Shown in pieces: positions 46,141-55,852 of a stretch of 64,000 nt of DNA. The stretch covers positions 64,001 through 128,000 of the forward strand of contig CAWGSK010000009.1 of the NCBI GenBank assembly GCA_963825055.1, read 5' to 3'. The notes under the pieces were generated by a model that worked only from the letters and a program-made list of their open reading frames with translations, did no database searches and was not told the origin of the DNA. The position numbers and the translations under genes were made by a program. Source of the DNA: an uncultured Gemmatimonadales bacterium. GTDB lineage: Bacteria > Gemmatimonadota > Gemmatimonadetes > Gemmatimonadales > GWC2-71-9. Each line of letters begins with the position of its first letter. The first letter of the stretch is position 1.

Positions 46141-46630
46141 CCCGCCCGAGTTCCAGCAACTGCACGTCGAACACCAGTGTCGCATTCGGCGGAATCATCC
46201 CCTGGCCCCCGGCACCATAGGCCAGCCCCGGTGGCAGGACGAGCAGCCTCCGGCTCCCCTGCTGCATGCCAACCAGCCCCTCCTCCCACCCGTCGATCAC
46301 CATGCCACGCCCCAGGATGAACCGGAATGGCGAGCCGGCCGGGCTCCGGTCGAACAGGCGCCCGTCGGGCAGCCATCCGGAATACATGACGGTCACCGTG
46401 TCTCCCGGGCGGGCCGCCGGACCTGAGCCGGCGCCGCGGGAAGCCCAGTAGAGTCCGGATGGCTCGTGGTGCATCGTCGCGAGGTCCACGCGAAGGTCCG
46501 GGGCGAACGTGAGCTCCCCACCGTCCGCCGGAGACCGGCGCTGGTCGGGGCTGCGGAAATCATCGAGGGTGCAGGCGCCGGCGGAAAGCGCGACGGCGAG
46601 CAGGAGCGTGAAGAGTGAGGCGCGTGACAT
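46112..46630 (-). CDS. FKBP-type peptidyl-prolyl isomerase (lipoprotein)
   Basis: Y.G.L.DG..FD.S, VIDGWEEG, LAYG and IPPNATLVFDVQLL motifs. Confidence 0.92.
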   Translation of the reverse strand: MSRASLFTLLLAVALSAGACTLDDFRSPDQRRSPADGGELTFAPDLRVDLATMHHEPSGLYWASRGAGSGPAARPGDTVTVMYSGWLPDGRLFDRSPAGSPFRFILGRGMVIDGWEEGLVGMQQGSRRLLVLPPGLAYGAGGQGMIPPNATLVFDVQLLELGRATSATPGAP

Positions 46631-46709
46631 GGCCGGCGTGTGGTGAAGGGACTGGAGGAATTCCGGGAACGGACAGAATATATTGGGCCGACCATTGACG
46701 GGCGAGACG

Positions 46710-47960
46710 ATGAGCCAGGACGATCCGACCTCCACGCGCCAGTCCCACGAGGTGGATCCCGCCGCAGCGGGGTTCATCCTGCGGCTCGGCCGGGCCCTGC
46801 ACCGTTACGGCTACGACGCCCACATGCTCGAGGACATGCTGGCCTCGGTCTCGACCCGCCTTCGACTCGAGGGGCAGTTCTTCACGACCCCGACTGCGGT
46901 CTTTGCCGCATTCGGCCCCCAGGACGACCAGCAGACCTTCCTGATCCGGGTCGAGCCGGGCGACCAGGATCTGGGCAGGCTGGCACAACTCCATGCGGTA
47001 ACCAGCGCGGTGGTGGACGGAACCCGCCCGCCCGCCGAAGGCTCGCAGGAGATCGAACGGATTCTGGCGGCGGCGCCCCCCTATGGCACCGGCATCACCC
47101 TGGCGGCGTATGCCCTCGTCTCGGGCGCTGCCTCGCGCTTCCTGGGCGGCGGCTGGCGCGAAATCGTCGTCGCAACCGCCATCGGCCTCCTTACCGGACT
47201 CCTTGCGCTTGCCGCCACACGGCTCCGCGCGCTCGCCCGGGTATTCGAACCCGTCGCCGCCGTCCTCGCCTCCGCCACCGCCGCGGCGCTTGCGCTCTGG
47301 ATCGGGCCCTACAGCGTATACAATGCCACCCTCGCCGGGCTCATCGTTCTGATTCCCGGGCTCACACTCACCATCGCGATGACGGAGCTCAATTCCCGGC
47401 ACCTGGTGAGCGGTACCGCGCGACTCACCGGCGCCTTCATCATGTTCCTGGGAATCGGGTTCGGCGTCGCCCTCGGCGCCCGGATCGTGGGCCTGCTGGC
47501 CGGTGGCGCGCTGCCGCCCTTCGTGCAGGCCGTGAAGCTGCCGGGCTGGACGGAGGCCGTCGCCCTGGTCATCGCGCCGCTCGCGTTCGTCGTCCTGCTC
47601 CGGGCAGAGCGACGGGATGCGCCGTGGATCGTGCTGAGCGGCATCCTCGCGGTCATGGGAGGCCGGCTCGGTGCCCACGTGCTCGGGCTGGAGCTTGGCG
47701 TGTTCGCCGGCGCGCTGGTCGTGGGCGTGGCAAGCAACGTTTACGCGAGAACTCTCCATCGGCCGGCGGCCGTGACGCTCGTGCCGGGAATCCTGCTGCT
47801 GGTCCCGGGCAGCATCGGCTTCCGCAGCCTCAGTTCACTGCTGGATCGCGAGGTGGTCCTGGGGATGGATACGGCGTTCCGGATGGTACTGATGGCGATG
47901 GCACTGGTGGCGGGAATGCTGATCTCGAATATGGTGGCCCCGGAACGAAGGGAATACTGA
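46710..47960 (+). CDS. Threonine/serine exporter family (ThrE) protein
   Basis: LIPGL, LVSG..R and LLVPG motifs; about 10 TM segments. Confidence 0.88.
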   Translation: MSQDDPTSTRQSHEVDPAAAGFILRLGRALHRYGYDAHMLEDMLASVSTRLRLEGQFFTTPTAVFAAFGPQDDQQTFLIRVEPGDQDLGRLAQLHAVTSAVVDGTRPPAEGSQEIERILAAAPPYGTGITLAAYALVSGAASRFLGGGWREIVVATAIGLLTGLLALAATRLRALARVFEPVAAVLASATAAALALWIGPYSVYNATLAGLIVLIPGLTLTIAMTELNSRHLVSGTARLTGAFIMFLGIGFGVALGARIVGLLAGGALPPFVQAVKLPGWTEAVALVIAPLAFVVLLRAERRDAPWIVLSGILAVMGGRLGAHVLGLELGVFAGALVVGVASNVYARTLHRPAAVTLVPGILLLVPGSIGFRSLSSLLDREVVLGMDTAFRMVLMAMALVAGMLISNMVAPERREY

Positions 47961-47971
47961 GGCATCTTGAA

Positions 47972-48042
47972 ATCGGGTATCGGGGGTCGGGAATCGGGAG
48001 TGAGGACGAATACTCCCCGATACCCGATACCCCATACCCCAT
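47972..48042. repeat. Inverted heptamer tandem arrays (hairpin) between convergent genes
   Basis: ATCGGGT ATCGGGG GTCGGGA ATCGGGA GT, a 10-nt loop, then ACTCCCCGAT ACCCGAT ACCCCAT ACCCCAT. Confidence 0.85.
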
Positions 48043-49626
48043 CTACCTGACCACCGCCCCGCTGTCGGTGCGGGATTCCACCATCGCGAACAGGTCCCTC
48101 TGTGTGGCGCCGCGCTTCAGCAGGTTGATCGCGGTGCGGAGCTGGGCGTCTTCCTTCACCGCCCGCCGCTTGGCGGCGCTGTCGCCATAGGCCAGCAGGC
48201 TCACCCGGTTCTCGATCAGGTAATCCACCAGAGGGCGTCCCGCGTCGTACTCCTGCCGGTCCAGTTGGACCCCCCGCTCCTGCAGGTGCGTCCAGAGCTG
48301 TTCCCGCCACGCGGGAATAACCGTGAAATCCGCCGAGGCCGACTTGCGCAGTTCGCGGGCAAGGTCGTTCAGGGCCAGGTTCACATCCTGGCCCTTCGGG
48401 GCAAAGGCACGGGAGAGCGCCTGTTCCGCCGTGGTCAGCGTGTCCGACTCGACCAGCAGGTCGGGCGTGATGGCGCCGCCACCGTACACGATGCGGCCCC
48501 CGTCCGACTTGTACTTCGGCCGCTCCGACAGGGGCACCGAATCCAGTTCCGCCACCCGGTGTGAGCCGACGTCCCGGTCGGGACGCTGGATGCTCCGACC
48601 GCTGGGAGTGTACCACTTGCCGGTGGTGAGCTTGAGCGCCCAGCCGTTGTCCAGCGGGAAGACCGACTGGACGAGGCCCTTGCCGAAGCTGGTGTTGCCC
48701 ACCAGCAGCGCCCGGTCGTGGTCCTGCAGCGCGCCGGCGATGATCTCCGACGCGGACGCCGAGTAGGCATCCGTCAGGACGATGAGGGGAAGGTCGGGGA
48801 GAATCGGGTCTCGCGGGGCCAGGAAACGCTCGGGGTCCGGATCCCGGGACTGGACGCTGTAAACCTCCGTGCCCCGGGGAAGGAAGAAGTTCGTGATCTG
48901 GAGCGCCTGGTCGGTGTACCCTCCACCGTTCCCGCGCAGGTCCAGCACCAGCCCCGCCATGCCCTGTCGTGCCAGTTCCTGAATCGCCGAGCGGACTTCC
49001 GTGGCGGAAGTCTCGGTGATCTGCTGCAGCGGGAGGTAGCCGACACGGCCGTCCAGCATGATCGCGTACGGCACCGACGGGATGTGGATGACCGCGCGGG
49101 TGAGCTTCACCTCCAGCGGCGCCCCGACACCGGCCCGGACGAACCGGACACCCACGTCCGTCCCCGGCTCACCCTTCAGCCGGTCGGTCACGTCCGAGAG
49201 CGGCCAGCCCTTCACCACCTCTCCTTCCACGGCCACGATCCGGTCGCCACGCTCCACCCCCGCTTCCGCGCCCGGCGTGTGCGGGAAGACCCGCGTCACA
49301 GTGATCTGTCCCTCCTGGTCCTCCAGGAGCAGCCCGATCCCGCCGTAGCGGCCTGCCGTGCGGACCGTGAAGCCCGCCATGTCTTCCGGCGAGATCAGGG
49401 CAGCGTAGGGGTCACCCAGCTGGCTCACCAGGCCCCGCGCCGCCTGTTCGTAGATCCGCGAGGTCTGGAGCGTATCCACGAAACGGTTGGAGACCAGGCT
49501 GAAGACCTGGTCGAACAGGACCTGGCTGTTGCGCGTGCTGTGCTGCTGCAGCACGAAGCCGCCGATCAGCACCGGAACCAGGACGAGGGAGAGGAGCGCG
49601 ATTTTTCGGGATCGGGACATGGACAT
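48043..49626 (-). CDS. Carboxy-terminal processing protease (S41A, CtpA/Prc)
   Basis: PDZ domain (GGIGL), LDLRGNGGG, SASASEI and FGKGLVQ motifs. Confidence 0.93.
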   Translation of the reverse strand: MSMSRSRKIALLSLVLVPVLIGGFVLQQHSTRNSQVLFDQVFSLVSNRFVDTLQTSRIYEQAARGLVSQLGDPYAALISPEDMAGFTVRTAGRYGGIGLLLEDQEGQITVTRVFPHTPGAEAGVERGDRIVAVEGEVVKGWPLSDVTDRLKGEPGTDVGVRFVRAGVGAPLEVKLTRAVIHIPSVPYAIMLDGRVGYLPLQQITETSATEVRSAIQELARQGMAGLVLDLRGNGGGYTDQALQITNFFLPRGTEVYSVQSRDPDPERFLAPRDPILPDLPLIVLTDAYSASASEIIAGALQDHDRALLVGNTSFGKGLVQSVFPLDNGWALKLTTGKWYTPSGRSIQRPDRDVGSHRVAELDSVPLSERPKYKSDGGRIVYGGGAITPDLLVESDTLTTAEQALSRAFAPKGQDVNLALNDLARELRKSASADFTVIPAWREQLWTHLQERGVQLDRQEYDAGRPLVDYLIENRVSLLAYGDSAAKRRAVKEDAQLRTAINLLKRGATQRDLFAMVESRTDSGAVVR

Positions 49627-49832
49627 CTCTTCGGACTCGGGGGACTGGAACACCGCCCTACGGCTCGCCGTCTCCAGCGGTTCCAGCAAACGACGTTGCA
49701 GCTTGCACGGATCGGGCCACGGAAGATCTACGGGATTTCCGCCCGACCGTCACGGCCCTTTCCCGGGAGACGTGCGAACGGGCGCCGTCTCCACGCTGGG
49801 CGGAGCCTGTACAGTCGCGATACATTGCAGCC

Positions 49833-51494
49833 ATGCCGCCACAGTTCCGGTCATTCCGGCCTCCCGGGAGGGGCAGCACCCCCTGGGTCCTCCTGGCCCT
49901 CTGGCTCTGCGCCCTGCCGCACCCGGCCGTTGCCCAGCGCAACGGCAGGCTCGATCAGGCGATGGACCGGTACTGGCAGGCCACGCGGGAAACTGACGTG
50001 GACGCCGCCATCGCGCGACTGGCTGCGCTCCGGTTGCCGTTCGACAGCATCGCGAACCGGCTTGCCGCGGGTCGCCCTTACGCGGGCGGGGTCCCGCGCG
50101 GGCTCCAGAACTCGCGCCACCGGACCTCGGACGGGTTCGAGAATCATTATACCATCGTCGTTCCCGACAGCTATGACCCGGCTCACGCCTACCCGGTGCG
50201 GTTCTACCTCCACGGCGGCACCGACACTCCCGACCGGCGCAGCGGCCAGAACTGGGACGCGGAGCGGTTCGCCGATTCGACCCGCATCGCCGTCTTCCCG
50301 TCGGCGTGGCGCGGCAGCCGGTGGTGGCAGGCTTCACAGGTGGAGAACCTGAACGGCATCCTGACCGACCTCAAGCAGACGTACAACGTGGACGAGAACC
50401 GGGTGTACGTCATCGGAGTCTCCGACGGGGGCATTGGCGCGTGGTTCCTGGGTTTCCGCGACCCGACCCCCTGGGCGGCGCTGCTGCCATTCATCTCCAG
50501 CCCGGAGGCCCTGGTCAACCCGAGAATCCGCGCCGACGGTCCGGTCTACGTGCCCAGCCTGCGCAACGTGCCGCTGTACGTGGTCAACGGCTCCCTGGAC
50601 CCGTTCTATCCCGCGCGAAGCGTCGCCGCCGATATCGCGCTGTTCCGGGAGGCGGGGGTGGACGTGACCTTCCGGCCCCAGCCTGAATCCGGCCACGACC
50701 TCCGCTGGTGGCTGGCCGAGCGGCCCGCGATCGATTCCTTCATGGCGGCGCATCCCCGCAACCCGCTCCCGGACAGCGTCTCGTGGGAGACCGAGCGCAC
50801 CGACCGGTACAACCGGGCCTTCTGGGTGGTGGTCGACACCATCGGGCCGGTGCGGGGCGACCATCCGTTCCCATCATTCGACACCATCCGGCCGCTGCCA
50901 CCCGTCCCGTCCCTCGGCGTCCGGGCCGACCCGACCAGCACGGATGGTGTCCGGATCATCGCCGTCGAACTCGGCTCGCTGGGCGCGCGGGCGGGTTTCG
51001 TCCCCGGAGACATGATCACGGCGGTCAACGGCCTGGCGACCCCGACCATGCGGGCGCTCCTGGAGACGACGGGCGGCGCGCGGTGGGGCGATACGCTGCA
51101 CGTGACCGTCAGGCGACCCGGGCTGGTGCGTGACCTCGTCGTGCCGATTCCAGACGAGCCGGACAGTGCGCCGGGCGCGCGGGTGGTGTTTGACCGGCCG
51201 AAGCCGACGGGGCGCATCGAGGTACGGCGGGAAGGCAACACGGTGGAGGTCCTGACCCGGAACGTCCGCAACTACACGCTGCTGCTGAGCCCGGACCAGT
51301 TCGACTTCTCCCGGCCGGTGCGGGTCGTCACCAACGGGCAGGTCACCTTCGACGGGCCCGTCCGGCCGGACGTCGCCACCCTGCTCAAGTGGCATCGCGT
51401 GGACCAGGACCGGCGCATGCTGTTCGGCGCCGAGCTGGAGATCACGGTGCCGTCCCTCGGGAGCTTCGCCGGGGACTCAGCTCCCGGCGGCTGA
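49833..51494 (+). CDS. Secreted alpha/beta-hydrolase (esterase-like) with a PDZ domain
   Basis: Signal peptide, YLHGG, GVSDGG nucleophile elbow, D..Y and GH; PDZ-like SLGV...AG..PGD.I.AVNG segment. Confidence 0.75.
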   Translation: MPPQFRSFRPPGRGSTPWVLLALWLCALPHPAVAQRNGRLDQAMDRYWQATRETDVDAAIARLAALRLPFDSIANRLAAGRPYAGGVPRGLQNSRHRTSDGFENHYTIVVPDSYDPAHAYPVRFYLHGGTDTPDRRSGQNWDAERFADSTRIAVFPSAWRGSRWWQASQVENLNGILTDLKQTYNVDENRVYVIGVSDGGIGAWFLGFRDPTPWAALLPFISSPEALVNPRIRADGPVYVPSLRNVPLYVVNGSLDPFYPARSVAADIALFREAGVDVTFRPQPESGHDLRWWLAERPAIDSFMAAHPRNPLPDSVSWETERTDRYNRAFWVVVDTIGPVRGDHPFPSFDTIRPLPPVPSLGVRADPTSTDGVRIIAVELGSLGARAGFVPGDMITAVNGLATPTMRALLETTGGARWGDTLHVTVRRPGLVRDLVVPIPDEPDSAPGARVVFDRPKPTGRIEVRREGNTVEVLTRNVRNYTLLLSPDQFDFSRPVRVVTNGQVTFDGPVRPDVATLLKWHRVDQDRRMLFGAELEITVPSLGSFAGDSAPGG

Positions 51495-52076
51495 TCCCGT
51501 CCGGCGCACGGCCCCCACCACCAGCGCGATCTCCACATCATCGCCGAGCAGGACCCCGCCACCCTCGACCGCACGGTTCCACGTCACGCCATAGTCAAGC
51601 CGGTTGATCGTCGTCGTGGCCTCGAATGCGACCCGGTCCCGGCCATCGGGTGACGAGAGCGTCCCGAGCAGCGCGCCCCGCAGCGTGACCGGCCTTGCCA
51701 CCCCGTGCATCGTGAGATCCCCCGTGACGAAGATCGAATCGCCCTGCATGGCCACGGAGGTGCTGTGGAATTCGATCGTCGGGTAATTCGCCACGTCGAA
51801 GAAGTTGTCCGAGCGCAGGTCGCGATCACGCCGGTCGTTGCCGGTGTCGATGCTCGAGGCGTCAATGACGACGTCCACCCTGCCGGCCGCCCACTCCCCG
51901 GACTCGGCGAGGATGGTACCCTCCCACTTCGTGAACGTGCCACGCACCCGGCTCACCATGTGGCGAATGCGGAACGAGAGTTCCGAGTGGTTATGGTCGA
52001 TCGTCCAGGCGGTCGTGTCAGCGCGAACGGGAGGAGAGGCCAGCAGCGTGAGGGCGGTGAGGGCGTGAATCAGCAT
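51477..52076 (-). CDS. YceI family protein
   Basis: W.ID..HS, SIDT...RD..LRS.NFFD, GDLTMHG and NRLDYG motifs. Confidence 0.93.
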   Translation of the reverse strand: MLIHALTALTLLASPPVRADTTAWTIDHNHSELSFRIRHMVSRVRGTFTKWEGTILAESGEWAAGRVDVVIDASSIDTGNDRRDRDLRSDNFFDVANYPTIEFHSTSVAMQGDSIFVTGDLTMHGVARPVTLRGALLGTLSSPDGRDRVAFEATTTINRLDYGVTWNRAVEGGGVLLGDDVEIALVVGAVRRTGSAAGS

Positions 52077-52102
52077 GGGCCAGGGGTTTGGGGGTGGAGA
52101 AA

Positions 52103-52135
52103 CGAAGGGCCCGACCCCTGTGGCCGGGCCCCTCG
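52103..52135 (-). terminator. Intrinsic terminator
   Basis: Minus-strand 14-bp stem CGAGGGGCCCGGCC/GGUCGGGCCCUUCG followed by UUUC. Confidence 0.7.
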
Positions 52136-52174
52136 AATCATACGCGGGAAGCCGTCGGTTTGTTGCGACGGCCT

Positions 52175-53074
52175 CTAGGGCGTCACCGTGCGCGTGACCG
52201 TGTACTGCCCGCAGCCGGTGTGCTCGACCACGACCGTCGTGGTGACGTCATTGCGGGTAACCAGGTGGGTGACCGTCCCGCTGTCGAATTTCGGCGCGAT
52301 GAGGCAGGCGGCGGCGTAGTGCAGGTTCTCGGTGGCCGTGGTGATGGACCAGGTGCGGCCGCCTTCTCCTGTCCAGGTGGCCGTGCCGTTCACGGCCAGG
52401 ATACCGCCGGGCAGGCGCTGGTGCTGCATGATGGAGCCGGGAACGTCGGCAGTGAACGTCGCATTCCAGTCCTTGACGAGCGACGCCGTAAAGCCCGAGG
52501 CAAACGAATGGTCAGCCCGGAAATCCACCAGGGTATGGGTGATGGCGTCGTGGTTGCCGGTGACCTGGCGCAGGCCGTTCCGGACGACGGAATGGCTGCG
52601 CGGGGGCTGTACCCCGGTATTCGTGCGGGATACCGCGTAGTCATGGAAAATGAACGTCACGCCGAAATCGTCGCTGGCGCCGGTCGGGTCCAGGACATCG
52701 ATGATCCCGGAGATCTCCAGGGTAAAGTTGCCGCGGGAGAAACTGCAGTCCGTGAACTCGAACCGGACCGAGTCGGGCACGGCGTCGCCGTCGGTGTTCG
52801 CCGGCGGGTTGGGCGAGATCGTCGGGAAGCAGGGCGGCGGAGCCGGGAATACCGGACCATTCACTCCCGACGGCGGAGCCAGCTGCACGGCCGTCGACAG
52901 GTCGAGCGTGGAAGCGTCGAGCAACTCGTCCACGTCCAGGGCCGCCGCGTCGGCGACTTCCTGCGCCTCGCTCGCCGTCATTTCACCCGACCCCGGGCTG
53001 GAAGAGTCACTGCAGGCCACCAGGCCCAGGACCATCAGGCCCACGCCGGCCAGGAAAGAATGTCGCATCCGCAT
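52175..53074 (-). CDS. Hypothetical beta-rich lipoprotein
   Basis: MRMRHSFLAGVGLMVLGLVA|C lipobox with a GAGGAG RBS. The track's extension to 54640 is an antisense shadow. Confidence 0.8.
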   Translation of the reverse strand: MRMRHSFLAGVGLMVLGLVACSDSSSPGSGEMTASEAQEVADAAALDVDELLDASTLDLSTAVQLAPPSGVNGPVFPAPPPCFPTISPNPPANTDGDAVPDSVRFEFTDCSFSRGNFTLEISGIIDVLDPTGASDDFGVTFIFHDYAVSRTNTGVQPPRSHSVVRNGLRQVTGNHDAITHTLVDFRADHSFASGFTASLVKDWNATFTADVPGSIMQHQRLPGGILAVNGTATWTGEGGRTWSITTATENLHYAAACLIAPKFDSGTVTHLVTRNDVTTTVVVEHTGCGQYTVTRTVTP

Positions 53075-53170
53075 GTCGGTAACTCCTCGCAAGAGTGCGT
53101 CCAGCCGCTGGGGGGCGCGGCAACTGCTGAGACGCACCCGACAGGATGAGGTTAAGCACTCCCGGGGAAA

Positions 53171-53186
53171 TGTGACCCGCGTCACA
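53171..53186. promoter_or_regulatory. CRP-type binding site
   Basis: AAA-TGTGA-CCCGCG-TCACA, an exact TGTGA-N6-TCACA match in the divergent intergenic region. Confidence 0.65.
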
Positions 53187-53323
53187 CGTGCAGCGGGCTG
53201 CACGGGACAAGGTCCGCTGGTTGCGCCAGTGACGTTGCCGCCGCGAGTTCCCGCCGCGTGACATTCGACGATCGCATCGTGCCGAACTGGTAGCCCCGCG
53301 GCCCGGCCACTATCCTTCCGGCC

Positions 53324-55066
53324 ATGCAGCCGGTCCTTCCCGTCTCGGAAATCCAGGCAGCGCTCCTCCAGGCCACCATCACCCTTGGCCTCGTGATCCT
53401 CTGTGCCTGGCTCTACCGGCAGTACCGGAAACCGTATTTTCTGTGGTGGGCCATCGCCTGGGGGACCTACCTCCTGCGCATCGGGGCCATCGTCAGCTTC
53501 GTCTTCACCAACAACCGCGACTGGCTCTACTGGCACCAGGTCGTCACCGGCTGGACCGCCCTGGCCCTCCTCTGGGCCGCCCTGATCTTTTCCCGGGCCA
53601 TCCGCTGGCGCCTGTGGTACATCGGGCTCATACTGTTCCCGCCGCTCTGGTCGTACGTGGCGATCTACCGGCTGGAAAACTTCCTGCTGGCCGCCGGCCC
53701 CGCCGTGCTGTTCCTCTCCCTCGCCACGCTCTGGACCGGCCTGGTGTTCCTCCGGTACTGGCGACGGGTCCGCTCGCCCGGCGCGGCGGTGCTCGCCTTC
53801 TCCCTCCTGCTGTGGAGCCTGCACCACCTGGACTACCCGCTGCTCCGGGCCCGCGGAGCGTGGTCGCCGTGGGGCTATTACCTCGATATCCTGTTCATCC
53901 TGGCGGTCGGCGCCGGCATCCTGATGCTGGTCCTGGAGGATGAACACCGCGGCCTCACGGCGCTCGCGGCCCTCTCGGGCGACCTCCAGCGCGCCGGCCG
54001 GGAGGAGTCCGACGCGCTCGACGGCCTCCTGGCACGGCCCCTGAGCCTGGCGGGAGTCCGGGGCAGCGCACTCTACGAGCTCGATGAGGGAGACGGCCAC
54101 ATCGTGCGGGGCGCGGGGGCATGCGAGTCCTGGGACCGGCCCGGAATGCCTCACCCGACGCTGGCCGAGCTCGCCGTCCTGGTGCGCCAGGGGCGTCCGG
54201 CCCTGCTGCGCGAGTGGTCGGGCCAGCAGGACGTGCATGCCTATGCGGCGGTACTTCCGCTGTTCCGCGGCGCCGCGGTGCACGGCGCGCTCGTCATCGT
54301 GGGAGATTCGCGCGACCCGTTCACCGCGCTGGACGAGAAGTTCCTTCGCGCGCTGGGCCAGCAGGTCGGCGCGGCCCTGGAGAACGCCGACCTCGACCGC
54401 CGGCTCCGGCTCCGGACCCGCGAACTCGAGCTCCTGAGCGCCCGGATGGTGGAGCAGCACGAGGAGCAGCGGCGACGCCTGAGTCTCGAGCTCCATGACG
54501 AAACCGCCCAGGTATTCTCCGCGGTGAAGATGCAGCTCGGGGTGCTGCGGGAATCCGCCGAGCCGGCCGTGGCGGCCCGGCTCGAGCATGTGCTGGACCT
54601 GGTGGACGACGGCATCACCAGCATACGCAACGTCACGCACGACCTCCGGCCTCCCCTGCTCGATGACCTCGGGCTCGTCCCGGCCCTCCGCGCCCTGGTC
54701 ACCGAGTTCAGCGAACGATCGGGCCTGGACGTCGCATTCGAGGCGCCGGCCACCATGCCCCGGCTGTCACCCGAGGCGGACCTGGCGCTCTTCCGCGCCC
54801 TCCAGGAGGGACTCTCGAATGTCGCCCGCCACGCGGACGCCGGAAGTGCCCGTGCTGCGCTCGCCCTCGAGGACGGGGTCGTGGAGCTGATACTCCTTGA
54901 CGATGGCTGTGGACTGGACCCCGGTGATACCATTGAGACACTCGCCGACGGCCGCATGGGGCTGGCCGGCATGCGCGAGCGGATCGCCCTGCTGGGAGGG
55001 AGCGTGCTGCTGGACAATCGCAGTGACGGGGGCGCCCACCTCGAAATCCGGGTGCCCCTCTCGTGA
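53324..55066 (+). CDS. 7TM + GAF sensor histidine kinase (HisKA_3, NarX/UhpB type)
   Basis: Seven hydrophobic segments; ELHDE H-box, LRP.LLDDLGL, QEGLSNVARHA, DDGCG and GLAGMRER motifs. Confidence 0.93.
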   Translation: MQPVLPVSEIQAALLQATITLGLVILCAWLYRQYRKPYFLWWAIAWGTYLLRIGAIVSFVFTNNRDWLYWHQVVTGWTALALLWAALIFSRAIRWRLWYIGLILFPPLWSYVAIYRLENFLLAAGPAVLFLSLATLWTGLVFLRYWRRVRSPGAAVLAFSLLLWSLHHLDYPLLRARGAWSPWGYYLDILFILAVGAGILMLVLEDEHRGLTALAALSGDLQRAGREESDALDGLLARPLSLAGVRGSALYELDEGDGHIVRGAGACESWDRPGMPHPTLAELAVLVRQGRPALLREWSGQQDVHAYAAVLPLFRGAAVHGALVIVGDSRDPFTALDEKFLRALGQQVGAALENADLDRRLRLRTRELELLSARMVEQHEEQRRRLSLELHDETAQVFSAVKMQLGVLRESAEPAVAARLEHVLDLVDDGITSIRNVTHDLRPPLLDDLGLVPALRALVTEFSERSGLDVAFEAPATMPRLSPEADLALFRALQEGLSNVARHADAGSARAALALEDGVVELILLDDGCGLDPGDTIETLADGRMGLAGMRERIALLGGSVLLDNRSDGGAHLEIRVPLS

Positions 55067-55725
55067 CCGGGGAGGTCATCCGCGTCCTGGTCGCCGACGA
55101 CCACGCCGTCGTCCGGGAAGGGATCCGTCACGTCCTGACCGGCGCCCCCGGTTACGACGTGGTGGCAGAGGCGTCCTCCGGGGACGAGGCCGTCCGCCTT
55201 GCGGAAGAACACCGGCCGGATGTCGTGGTGCTGGATATCTCAATGCCGGGCGGCTCCGGCCTCGACGCCACGGCCGAGCTCCGCAAGCGGGTGCCCACGG
55301 CTCGGATCCTGATTCTGAGCATCCATGACCATAGCGAGTACGTCGTGGGCAGTGTCCAGGCCGGCGCCCATGGCTACCTGCGGAAGGACGCCGCGCCCGC
55401 AGAGCTGCGCGAGGCGATCCGCACCGTCTTCCGGGGCGAGGCGTTCTTCAGCCCCGCCGTCGCGCAACGATTGAGCGATGGTGTCCGCAGCGCGACGCGC
55501 CGCGCCGCCCGGCGGGAGAAACTGCACACCCTCACCGGCCGCGAGCGCGAGGTGCTCGAGGGTATCGCCAGCGGGCTCACCAACAAAGAGATCGCCGGCC
55601 GGCTGGGCATCAGCCCGCGCACGGTCGAGACCCACCGCGAGAGCGTCATGCGGAAACTCGGCATTCGTACGGTGGCCGGACTCACCCGGCTCGCACTGGA
55701 CTCGGGCCTGCTGCGCGGCGAGTAG
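55063..55725 (+). CDS. NarL/LuxR-family response regulator
   Basis: ADDH, LDISMP, LTGREREVL and ISPRTVETHR motifs. Confidence 0.95.
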   Translation: MTGEVIRVLVADDHAVVREGIRHVLTGAPGYDVVAEASSGDEAVRLAEEHRPDVVVLDISMPGGSGLDATAELRKRVPTARILILSIHDHSEYVVGSVQAGAHGYLRKDAAPAELREAIRTVFRGEAFFSPAVAQRLSDGVRSATRRAARREKLHTLTGREREVLEGIASGLTNKEIAGRLGISPRTVETHRESVMRKLGIRTVAGLTRLALDSGLLRGE

Positions 55726-55728
55726 GAA

Positions 55729-55770
55729 CTCCGTACAACTACCGATCCACCTCTCCGTACCATTCCGAAT
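55729..55770. promoter_or_regulatory. Tandem imperfect palindromes, candidate response-regulator sites
   Basis: CTCCGTACAACTACCGAT and CTCCGTACCATTCCGAAT, starting 24 bp apart upstream of the TonB receptor. Confidence 0.5.
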
Positions 55771-55852
55771 ACCTCACCCACCCGGGGCTTGGTAGTGTGA
55801 TATCACGGCCCCTGAACCGGGCCGGACGCTCCTCCAACCACCGGAATGACTC

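Noticed and set aside
53075..54640. 821-aa version of the minus-strand ORF 52175..54640
   Set aside because: The extension is antisense to the histidine kinase. The RBS and lipoprotein signal place the start at about 53074.
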